Shown piece after piece: positions 9,016 to 17,756 of a stretch of 64,000 bases of DNA. Positions within the stretch are counted from its first letter, which is position 1. Every line of letters begins with the position of its first letter. The stretch is taken from NCBI GenBank assembly GCA_902580215.1, contig CACHJT010000005.1:36428-100427 (forward strand). Direction: 5' to 3'. Source of the DNA: an uncultured Candidatus Actinomarina sp. Its GTDB lineage: Bacteria; Actinomycetota; Acidimicrobiia; Actinomarinales; Actinomarinaceae. A program made the position numbers and the translations under genes. The notes beneath the pieces were generated by a model, which made no database searches, was not told the origin of the DNA, and was given only the letters and a program-made list of their open reading frames with translations.

Positions 9016-10470
9016 ATGAATAAAATTACTGACAAAAACAGTTATTTGGATTCAATTAAAAATAGAAATTTAAAAATTTACCTTATGGGTGAGCTCATAA
9101 AGGAACCTTTAGATCATCCAATTATTAGACCAAGCGTTGAAGCAATGGCTGAAACATATGAGCTAGCTGTTAGAGAACCAGAATTAGCATCAGCAACGTC
9201 TCCATATACTGGCGAAAAAATAAATAGATTTTTACACATTGCAGAAAGCAATGAGGATCTATTCTTACAAAATAAAATGCAAAGAAAGCTTGGTCAACTA
9301 ACTGGTACCTGCTTTCAAAGATGTGTTGGCATGGATGCGTTCAATGCACTTCATTCTGTGACTTTTGAGATTGATGAAAAACACAATACTGAATATCACA
9401 AAAATTTTATTAATTTTCTAACTGAAATGCATAAATACAATTTGGTAATTGGTGGTGCAATGACAGACGTTAAAGGTGATAGATCAAAATTACCACACGA
9501 ACAAGAAGATGAAGATGTATATTTACGAATTGTTAAAAGAACAGAAGATGGTGTTTATGTTAAGGGTGCAAAAGCACATCAGACTGGATGTATAAATTCA
9601 CACTGGATGGTTGTAATGCCTACCTTGAGACTATCTGATAAAGATACAGACTATGCAATAGTGGGTGCAATCCCAGTTGATGCAGAGGGAATAACGTATA
9701 TCTATGGTAGACAGTCATGCGATACAAGAAGTATGGAGCCTGGTGAATACGATGTTGGAAATAAATATTTTGCCGGGCAAGAAGCAATGGTAATTTTTGA
9801 TAATGTATTCATACCAAATGAATACATTTTTATGAATGGTGAGTATGAATTTGCATCTATGTTAGTTGAGAGATTTACAACATATCATAGAAGATCCTAT
9901 GTATGCAAATCAGGCGTTGGCGATGTACTTATAGGTGCAGCAGCTACTATTGCAGAGTACAACGGTGTTGAAGAAGCATCACATATTAAAGATAAGCTTG
10001 TTGAAATGAATAAGCTCAATGAAACAATTTATGCTACTGGCATTGCTTCATCACTTCAGGGTTCAAGCACTAAGTCAGGAAACTTCATTAATGATGATCT
10101 TTTGGCAAATGTATGTAAACAGCATGTAACAAAGGAAACATATGAGATTGGAAGAATTGCACAAGACCTTGCAGGTGGATTAGTTGGATCAATGCCATCA
10201 GGAATAGATTTTAATGAAGGAACAATGTCTGAAGATCTAAAAAAATATTTAAAAGGAAAAAAAGATATTAACTCAGAAGATCGAGTAAAAATTCTAAGAT
10301 TGATTGAAAATATGACCTTAGGTAGAAATGCGGTTGCTTATTTAACAGAATCACTCCATGGTGCGGGCTCCCCACAAGCACAAAGAGTGCAGATTAGAAG
10401 AAGAGTAGATATCGAAGAAAAAAAAGATTTTGCAAAAAAGTTGTCGGGAATTATTGAGAGGGAAAAATGA
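9016..10470 (+). CDS. 4-hydroxybutyryl-CoA dehydratase/vinylacetyl-CoA isomerase (AbfD)-like, HpaB superfamily
   Basis: 484 aa. Cys99-x3-Cys103 (TGTCFQRCVG) and His291-x5-Cys297 (YHRRSYVCK) sit where AbfD places its [4Fe-4S] ligands. Confidence 0.75.
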   Translation: MNKITDKNSYLDSIKNRNLKIYLMGELIKEPLDHPIIRPSVEAMAETYELAVREPELASATSPYTGEKINRFLHIAESNEDLFLQNKMQRKLGQLTGTCFQRCVGMDAFNALHSVTFEIDEKHNTEYHKNFINFLTEMHKYNLVIGGAMTDVKGDRSKLPHEQEDEDVYLRIVKRTEDGVYVKGAKAHQTGCINSHWMVVMPTLRLSDKDTDYAIVGAIPVDAEGITYIYGRQSCDTRSMEPGEYDVGNKYFAGQEAMVIFDNVFIPNEYIFMNGEYEFASMLVERFTTYHRRSYVCKSGVGDVLIGAAATIAEYNGVEEASHIKDKLVEMNKLNETIYATGIASSLQGSSTKSGNFINDDLLANVCKQHVTKETYEIGRIAQDLAGGLVGSMPSGIDFNEGTMSEDLKKYLKGKKDINSEDRVKILRLIENMTLGRNAVAYLTESLHGAGSPQAQRVQIRRRVDIEEKKDFAKKLSGIIEREK

Positions 10471-11438
10471 AAGCAGTCGTATGTACAAAATTAGGTGAGC
10501 CAAATTTATTAGAAATAAATGATGTAGATAAACCAACTATTGGTAAAGATGAAGTATTAGTTAAAGTTGAAGTTGCTGGAGTTAATTTTCCAGATGCACT
10601 GTTAGTACAAGGAAAGTACCAAATTGTAATTGATCCACCTTTTATTCCAGGTAATGAAGTATGTGGAATTATAGAAGACAAAGGTGAAAATGTAGAAATC
10701 TCTGTTGGAACAAAAGTAATTGGAATTCCTCCAATTGGAGGGTTTGCTGAATTCGTTGCTATTAATAAAAATTTGGTAATTCCGGTTAGCGAAAATTTTA
10801 GTTCTTTAGCTGGAGCAAGTTTGCCTATCAACTATGGTACTTCTTACTATGCCCTAAAAAGACGTGCAAATGCTCAAAGTGGAGAAAGTCTTTTAGTGCT
10901 TGGTGCTTCTGGAGGAATTGGTACTGCTTCAATTCAATTAGCAAAAGTTATGGGTTTAAGAACTATATGTGCTGTTGGTTCCGAAGATAAAGCAGAGTAT
11001 GTCAAATCTTTGGGTGGTGATGAAATAGTACGATATGATCAGGTTGACTTAAAAGAAACAGTGAAAGAAATGACCGACGGCAAAGGTGTAGATATAGTTA
11101 TAGATCCTGTTGGTGGTGAAGTGTCTGAACAAGCACTAAGAGCAACAGCTTTTAATGGTAGGTTACTAGTTATTGGCTTCGCTAATGGACAAATACCTAA
11201 AATATCCCTTAATTTAACACTTGTTAAAGGTGTGTCAATTGTTGGAGTATGGTGGGGTCGATGGACAAACACATCTCCACACGAAACTGCAGAAGATTTT
11301 AAAGAATTGGTTTCCTATGTTGAAAATGGACAATTAGACATTGTTCCAAAAAATAATTACAAAATAGAAGAAACTTCCATAGCCTTAGAAAACTTTCTAA
11401 CAAGAAAAAATATAGGTAAAACTGTTATAAGTGTCTAG
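10467..11438 (+). CDS. Medium-chain dehydrogenase/reductase (quinone oxidoreductase-like, NADPH)
   Basis: 323 aa. VLGASGGIGTASIQLAK cofactor motif. ATGA overlap with the AbfD-like stop. Confidence 0.8.
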   Translation: MKAVVCTKLGEPNLLEINDVDKPTIGKDEVLVKVEVAGVNFPDALLVQGKYQIVIDPPFIPGNEVCGIIEDKGENVEISVGTKVIGIPPIGGFAEFVAINKNLVIPVSENFSSLAGASLPINYGTSYYALKRRANAQSGESLLVLGASGGIGTASIQLAKVMGLRTICAVGSEDKAEYVKSLGGDEIVRYDQVDLKETVKEMTDGKGVDIVIDPVGGEVSEQALRATAFNGRLLVIGFANGQIPKISLNLTLVKGVSIVGVWWGRWTNTSPHETAEDFKELVSYVENGQLDIVPKNNYKIEETSIALENFLTRKNIGKTVISV

Positions 11439-12061
11439 TGAGAGGCAAAGTATGGATTCTCACCAGCCGCATGATCAGTAGCATCTATGATATTTCCTAT
11501 TTCAGGAACTGCTTCACGCAAAGAGGCTTCGATACCTTGGGTAAGTGTTACTTGTGCCATACCACAGCCTTGGCAACCTCCACCAAGTCTTAAATAAATA
11601 TCATTTCCTTCAACGCCAATTAATTGTGCTGCACCACCGTGCGAAGCAATAGCTGGATTAATTTGGTTTTCTAATACTGCTTGAACTTTCTCAGCCAATT
11701 CTCCCTTTAATTCTGGAAGATCGGCAGGATTACCAATCATTGCAGGGCTTGGTGTATTAGGATTGTCCATAGTTAATCCTGGTGCATCTGGATCTTCGGA
11801 CATATCTAAGCTGGCACCATCGAATTTATCAATATCTTTCGAAGCAATTATTACAGGTAAATCCCCAAAATCTATTCTCCTATCATCTGATCTAGCTTGA
11901 TTTATATCTAGGAAACTGAGATCGTAAGTAAATTGATTTCCATGTACTCCATCGATTTGTAAGAATAATGCGTATTCTTTATCTCCAGGTTCTTGATCTC
12001 GTAGATCAATAATAGTTTTTACTGCTTCATCGCCTATATTAAAATTAAATTCTTCACTCAT
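11435..12061 (-). CDS. NfuA-type Fe-S cluster carrier (Cys-less A-type N-domain + Nfu C-domain)
   Basis: 208 aa. C-terminal HGGAAQLIGVEG ... GGGCQGCGMA Nfu motif. Confidence 0.75.
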   Translation of the reverse strand: MSEEFNFNIGDEAVKTIIDLRDQEPGDKEYALFLQIDGVHGNQFTYDLSFLDINQARSDDRRIDFGDLPVIIASKDIDKFDGASLDMSEDPDAPGLTMDNPNTPSPAMIGNPADLPELKGELAEKVQAVLENQINPAIASHGGAAQLIGVEGNDIYLRLGGGCQGCGMAQVTLTQGIEASLREAVPEIGNIIDATDHAAGENPYFASH

Positions 12062-12132
12062 ATTTATATATTTTAACCAATTTGAGATATGTGAGAAATT
12101 AATAAATTAAAGTAGTTATATATAATTGATAT

Positions 12133-12747
12133 ATGAATAACGTTCTCATCTCATTAAGTGGCAATTGCTCAACTAGCTACGAACTAAAAGAACTTACTTT
12201 TGATGAAATAATTGGAGTTGATAATGGTACAGCTCACTTGTTTGATAGGTCTTTAATTCCATCAAAAGTTCTAGGAGACTTTGATTCAATTACACCTGAT
12301 TTATTAAAAAAAGTAGAAAACATGAATATAGATTTAATAAGTTATGAGCCAAATAAAGATAAAACAGACTTTGAACTTTCTTTGGACAGTATTAATGAGC
12401 CAGAAGATAAAAATATTTTCATAATAGGAGGAGAAGAGGGTGAAATAGATCACTTGTTTTCTATCTTTTCATTAGTAATAAATTATGAATTCGCTACAAA
12501 TGTAACTTGGCTTTATATGGATAAAACTATTGTTTTTAAAAATAATATGTCAATTTTTCTGAATGAAGGTACAAAATTTAGTGTCGTACCAATAACAAAT
12601 TTAAATAAATTGACTATCTCAGGAGCTAAGTGGAACTTAAATGAAGAGAATATTGAAGCTGGTAGTACTAAAACGCTAAGAAATGAATCAGTAGAAAATC
12701 AAATAATGATAAGTTGTAATGAAGGGCTATTTAGCGTAATTTATTAA
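12133..12747 (+). CDS. Thiamine pyrophosphokinase
   Basis: 204 aa. GVDNGTAHL, LGDFDSI, KDKTDFELSL motifs. Confidence 0.75.
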   Translation: MNNVLISLSGNCSTSYELKELTFDEIIGVDNGTAHLFDRSLIPSKVLGDFDSITPDLLKKVENMNIDLISYEPNKDKTDFELSLDSINEPEDKNIFIIGGEEGEIDHLFSIFSLVINYEFATNVTWLYMDKTIVFKNNMSIFLNEGTKFSVVPITNLNKLTISGAKWNLNEENIEAGSTKTLRNESVENQIMISCNEGLFSVIY

Positions 12748-13961
12748 GACCTTGGAATATCTTTCCAAGCTTTATCTTTATCTTGTTTTGGCTCACTTGG
12801 AAGTCCTAAAACCCTTTCAGCAATAATATTTCTCATTATTTCAGATGTACCGCCTTCTATTGAATTAGCTCTAGACCTGAGAAACAAACTCTGGGTATCT
12901 GTGAAGCCAAAAGTCTCATTTTCAAAATTTAATTCTGGTTGGGTCAACTCATAACCTCTTGGGAATAGCAAAGCATCATTGCCAAGCATTTCCATACCAA
13001 ATTCATATGATGCTTTATTAATTTCGGCTTCATATAATTTACTAGTAGAGCCTTCTGGACCAGGTGTGCCTTTTTCTCTATTTTCAAATGCTCTAACATT
13101 AGTTAACCTTACTGCTTCCTGCTCAATCCATAGTTTTATTAACTTATCCCTTGAAACTGGATCATCAAGCTCTTTATCGTTCCAAAGTTGAACTAAATGA
13201 CCAGGTGCACCACTTCCTCTTTCACGAACATTTCCACCTATAGCAACTCTCTCATTCATTAATATTGCAAGTGAAACTCTCCAACCATCTCCAAGGCTGC
13301 CTAAAATATTTTCTTTTGGTATCTTCACATCTGTAAAATAAACTTCATTAAATTCTGCTTCACCCGTTATTTGGCGAAGTGGTCTAACATCTACACCATC
13401 GGACTCCATATCAACAATAAAAAATGTTAATCCCCTATGCTTTGGAACATCTGGGTCTGTCCTTGTAACAATTAATCCCCATTTAGCTAAGTGTCCTAGA
13501 GTTGTCCAAACTTTTTGACCATTTACAATGAATCCGTCGCCATCATCCACCGCTTTAGTTGACAAGCTTGCTAAATCTGAGCCTGAACCTGGCTCTGAAA
13601 ATAGTTGGCACCATATTTCTTCAGTAGTGAACATTGGTCTTAAATATGTTTGAATTTGTTCTGGAGTGCCATACTCAACAATAGTTGGTGCTCCCATGCC
13701 TATACCAAGAATATTTGCAACTCTGTTTTGTTGAGAAATTCCTTCATTTCTTAAAGTTTCGGTAATTATAAGTTGATATTTTGGATTTAACCCTAATCCC
13801 CCAGCACCTTCTGGAAACTGAACCCACGCAAGTCCAAGATCGAATTGTTTACCCCAAAATTCTTTAATGTCATCTGTTTGACTTCTGAATTGAATTAATT
13901 CATCTAATTTGCTTCTTACCAGCTGTTCTGCATCAGAATGTTTAGTTTCAGTTTTTACCAT
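12744..13961 (-). CDS. Acyl-CoA dehydrogenase (FadE-type)
   Basis: 405 aa. LFSEPGSGSDLASL, NGQKVWTT, C-terminal IEGGTSEIMRNIIAERVLGLP. Confidence 0.85.
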   Translation of the reverse strand: MVKTETKHSDAEQLVRSKLDELIQFRSQTDDIKEFWGKQFDLGLAWVQFPEGAGGLGLNPKYQLIITETLRNEGISQQNRVANILGIGMGAPTIVEYGTPEQIQTYLRPMFTTEEIWCQLFSEPGSGSDLASLSTKAVDDGDGFIVNGQKVWTTLGHLAKWGLIVTRTDPDVPKHRGLTFFIVDMESDGVDVRPLRQITGEAEFNEVYFTDVKIPKENILGSLGDGWRVSLAILMNERVAIGGNVRERGSGAPGHLVQLWNDKELDDPVSRDKLIKLWIEQEAVRLTNVRAFENREKGTPGPEGSTSKLYEAEINKASYEFGMEMLGNDALLFPRGYELTQPELNFENETFGFTDTQSLFLRSRANSIEGGTSEIMRNIIAERVLGLPSEPKQDKDKAWKDIPRS

Positions 13962-13985
13962 AGAGAATTATACATCAAATTTATC

Positions 13986-14891
13986 TTATTGATTACCCTG
14001 TATGGCTTGCTGAATGATCATTAACTCATCCTCGTTACTAAGAGGATATGTGCCATTTTCAATATTTCTTATTTCTTCAATATTATCAGCTATGTCTTCG
14101 GCAGATGCACTTGTATTTACATAACCTTTATGGGTAATAATTCCAATACGAGCAAAACGACCAGCAGCTACTCCAAAGATTTCATGACTAGGTTCACAAA
14201 CCTCTGATGCTAGATATGAAACCATTGGTGTAACTAAGTCTGCACTGAACAATTTACCAACATCTTCAGGAAGGAGTGCCTCGGTCATTCTTGTGTATGC
14301 TGTTGGAGCAATTACATTTACTTTGATATTATATTTTGCCCCTTCAATAGCTAATACATTTGTTAAACCTACTATGCCCATTTTTGCTGCACCATAGTTT
14401 GATTGACCAAAATTACCAAATAGTCCAGAAGGTGAAGCTACGTTAACAATTCTGCCATATGCATTCTCCTTCATCACTTTAAAAGCAGGCTGTGAAACAA
14501 AAAAAGTACCTTTCAAATGTACATCTATAATCAAAGATAATTCTTCTTCGGACATGTTTGCAAAACTTTTATCCCTCAAGATACCTGCATTATTAACAAC
14601 TGCATCAACAGTGCCAAAATTATCAATCGCAGTTTGTACAATAGACTCTCCACCTTCTTTGGTTGCAACAGAATCATAATTGGCAACAGCTTCTCCTCCA
14701 TTTGCAATTATTTCGTTAACAACTTCATCTGCTGGAGTGCTGCCAGAGCCTGATCCATCTACTGCGCCACCCAGGTCGTTTACAACAACTTTTGCTCCTC
14801 GTGAACCTAAATCAAGAGCATATGCTTTACCTAATCCGTTACCGGCACCAGTTACTATTACTGTCCTATTTTCAAAAGATACTTGTGACAT
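13986..14891 (-). CDS. SDR oxidoreductase, (3R)-hydroxyacyl-CoA dehydrogenase-like (multifunctional enzyme 2 N-domain type)
   Basis: 301 aa. VTGAGNGLGKAYA, NNAG, YGAAKMG (YxxxK). Confidence 0.85.
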   Translation of the reverse strand: MSQVSFENRTVIVTGAGNGLGKAYALDLGSRGAKVVVNDLGGAVDGSGSGSTPADEVVNEIIANGGEAVANYDSVATKEGGESIVQTAIDNFGTVDAVVNNAGILRDKSFANMSEEELSLIIDVHLKGTFFVSQPAFKVMKENAYGRIVNVASPSGLFGNFGQSNYGAAKMGIVGLTNVLAIEGAKYNIKVNVIAPTAYTRMTEALLPEDVGKLFSADLVTPMVSYLASEVCEPSHEIFGVAAGRFARIGIITHKGYVNTSASAEDIADNIEEIRNIENGTYPLSNEDELMIIQQAIQGNQ

Positions 14892-16819
14892 TATTCGATT
14901 CCTTCGTACATTGATTCAATCTCATCATTATACATCTCAGCAATAACATTTCTCTTCAATTTCAAAGTTGGTGTTAATTCACCGCTTGAGTCAGTCCATT
15001 CTTTATCTAAAATTACAAATTTCTTAATACCTTGTACATTTGCAACTTGAGAATTTGCTTCATCTACTTGTTCTTGAACAGCTTGTATCACTTTTTCATT
15101 TTTAGCCATATCTTTAAGAGAGTACTCAATACCATTTTCTGATGCCCATGTCTCTGCACCTCCGTCACCATCTAATACAATAAGAGCTGACAAGAACTTT
15201 TTGCCATCTCCAACTACACAAACTTGACCAATTAAAGGATGTGGTTTCACAAGGTCTTCAATCTCAACAGGTGCAATATTTTTTCCTGCTGAAGTTATTA
15301 GAATTTCTTTTTTACGACCTATAATTTTTACAAATCCATCTTCGTCAATTTCTGCAAGATCGCCAGTGTGAAGCCAGCCATCTTCATCGAAAGTCTCCTT
15401 AGTTTGTTCTTCAGACTTGTAGTAACCCTGTGCTACGTGGTTTCCTTTAATACAAAGCTCGCCATCATCTAATACTTTTACTTCAGTTCCAGGTATTGGA
15501 ATGCCAACCTTTCCAATTGGATTGAGAACGCTTGGAACTTCAAGTCCATCAACTTTCAATTTTTTTGAAAAAGACTCAGCAGCATTTCCGGGAACACCAA
15601 TTGTTGCAGGTCCAGTGTCTTCTGTCATTCCATATATCTCTGTTATATCTATACCTATTGCATGAAACCACCTATGAACATCTTTATTCATAGGTGCTGC
15701 AGCAGTAACAAAATATTCAGTATTCATTATTCCAAGTCCTTCTTTAAATTTAGAAAAGACCAGTTTTGCAAATACTTTATCTTTTAAATTAATGCCAAGA
15801 GGAACTTTTTCACCTCTCTGTTCATAATCTACTTTCTCTAAGCCATTCTTAATTGCTTTGTCTATTAAATCCTTTTTAGGATTTTCTTCAATTCTTGCCT
15901 GTAATCCGCCTTTAAACCTTTCCCAAACTCTTGGTACTGCAAGAAATACAGATGGTTTAATTGTTGGAAGCGCATCTCTCATGTCTTCTAATACAGGAAC
16001 TGGAAATATCTGACCAACTCTGTAAATAGCTTGATAGTGGTCACCAGCTCTTGCAGCAATATGTGCCATTGGTAGGTAAGAGACAATCCTTGGAAATTTG
16101 GTTGCAGGAATCATTTGACCAAATAAACTTTCAATTGTCCATAGGACGTTTTTGTGAGAAATCATCACGCCTTTAGGTTTTCCTGTTGTTCCAGATGTAA
16201 ATATTAAACAAGCTAGAGAATCTGGAGTAACAGTAGCAATAGCTGAATCTAATTTTGAGCTATCTTCTTGATTTAGTTCTTTTCCTTTTTCAACTAACTC
16301 GTGGTAGCTATGAACATAATCAAGTTCTTTATTATCTTCATAACCATCTATGAGCACAATCGCTTCTAATTTTGGACACTGTTCTTTTGCTGCATTTACT
16401 TCTGCAAATAATTCAAGATCACCTACTACTGCAACTTTGGCTTCCATGAGGTTTGCTACATATTCAATCTGGGACGATTTTAATTGTTTATATAACGTAG
16501 ATGGAGTGGCTCCACAATACACTATTCCTAGATCAGAAATGTTATGTTCTTTAGTATTGTTAGACATAATAAATGCTGTGTCGCCTGGACCTAGTCCGAG
16601 AGACATTAATCCTGCCGCTAAATTTTTTGATACATCTCTATATTCTGACCAAGATATTGAATCCCAAGCTGAGTATTCACTATTAGCTGGAGTATTTAAT
16701 GCTGGATAATCTGGATACTCTTCTGCATTTCTATCAATATAATCTAAAAGCGTTTTACCATCAACAGAAGCTGTAATTAAATTTTCCTGTGATTTCAAAT
16801 AATCGTGTAACTTAGACAA
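14891..16819 (-). CDS. Long-chain acyl-CoA ligase (AMP-forming)
   Basis: 642 aa. FTSGTTGKPKGV AMP-binding motif and GWLHTGD. TTG start with GGGAGGA (16824..16830) 4 nt upstream. Confidence 0.9.
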   Translation of the reverse strand: MSKLHDYLKSQENLITASVDGKTLLDYIDRNAEEYPDYPALNTPANSEYSAWDSISWSEYRDVSKNLAAGLMSLGLGPGDTAFIMSNNTKEHNISDLGIVYCGATPSTLYKQLKSSQIEYVANLMEAKVAVVGDLELFAEVNAAKEQCPKLEAIVLIDGYEDNKELDYVHSYHELVEKGKELNQEDSSKLDSAIATVTPDSLACLIFTSGTTGKPKGVMISHKNVLWTIESLFGQMIPATKFPRIVSYLPMAHIAARAGDHYQAIYRVGQIFPVPVLEDMRDALPTIKPSVFLAVPRVWERFKGGLQARIEENPKKDLIDKAIKNGLEKVDYEQRGEKVPLGINLKDKVFAKLVFSKFKEGLGIMNTEYFVTAAAPMNKDVHRWFHAIGIDITEIYGMTEDTGPATIGVPGNAAESFSKKLKVDGLEVPSVLNPIGKVGIPIPGTEVKVLDDGELCIKGNHVAQGYYKSEEQTKETFDEDGWLHTGDLAEIDEDGFVKIIGRKKEILITSAGKNIAPVEIEDLVKPHPLIGQVCVVGDGKKFLSALIVLDGDGGAETWASENGIEYSLKDMAKNEKVIQAVQEQVDEANSQVANVQGIKKFVILDKEWTDSSGELTPTLKLKRNVIAEMYNDEIESMYEGIE

Positions 16820-16889
16820 AATATCCTCCCATGAATCTGTTACTCAATTTTAATTAAAAAAAGCTAAATGAGCTATTAAATAATAGGAT

Positions 16890-17756
16890 TTATCCTTTTA
16901 CAGAGCCTGCAGTTAATCCCCCTGTAATTTGCTTCTGGAAAAAGATAAATAGAACTGCAATCGGTGTTGCCGCTATAACTGATGAAGCAGCGATTACTCC
17001 CCAGTCAGCGTTGAAATCATCTATAAAAACTGTATTTATTCCAACTGCAACTGTCCATAAATTTTTATCTTTTAAGAATATAGCGGCAAGTATGAAGTCG
17101 GAATAAATTCCTATAAATGTAATGACAAAAATTACAACTAATATTGGTCTAGAAAGCGGTGCTATTATTCTTCTGAATATTTGGAAATCAGTAGCACCAT
17201 CTACTTTTGCAGCTTCATCAAGTGAAGGTGATATGGTATCCATAAAACCTTTAATTAACCAGGAATTGAATCCTATTGATCCACCAAGGTAAACAAGAAT
17301 TAATCCAATATGTGTACCAAGCCCCATAAATGGTGCAATATCACTGATTTGAAAGAACAAAAGATATATTGCAACAAATGCTAAAAACGATGGAAACATT
17401 TGAACTATTACTAATGTTAATAAACTTGCTCTTCGACCCTTGAACTGTAGTCTAGAAAACGCATATGCAGCTAGTGTCCCAAGAAAAACATTAAAGAATG
17501 CTGCAATTAAAGCAACTTTATAGGTATTGTAAAGCCACTTAAAATAAGGAACTAATGGATCTGAAGAAAGCAATTTGTAATGCTTTAAAGTAAGTCCATC
17601 TGGAATTAATTTCGAATTAGTTAAGTTTGCAAAATCTGCAATCGAATTTGTTGCAACAAATAAAATTGGATAAATAGCAAATGTAACAAACATTAATGCT
17701 ATTAAATGTCTCCAGCCATATTCTTTAACCCAATTGTAAAATTTAGATGTTTCCAT
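16890..17756 (-). CDS. Sugar ABC transporter permease (MalG-like)
   Basis: 288 aa. EAA loop LDEAAKVDGATDFQIFRRIIAPL. Confidence 0.85.
   Translation of the reverse strand: METSKFYNWVKEYGWRHLIALMFVTFAIYPILFVATNSIADFANLTNSKLIPDGLTLKHYKLLSSDPLVPYFKWLYNTYKVALIAAFFNVFLGTLAAYAFSRLQFKGRRASLLTLVIVQMFPSFLAFVAIYLLFFQISDIAPFMGLGTHIGLILVYLGGSIGFNSWLIKGFMDTISPSLDEAAKVDGATDFQIFRRIIAPLSRPILVVIFVITFIGIYSDFILAAIFLKDKNLWTVAVGINTVFIDDFNADWGVIAASSVIAATPIAVLFIFFQKQITGGLTAGSVKG

Noticed and set aside
12062-12132. TPP riboswitch upstream of thiamine pyrophosphokinase
   Set aside because: The 71-nt spacer is almost pure A/T. It lacks the CUGAGA / ACCUGA / GGGA core elements.
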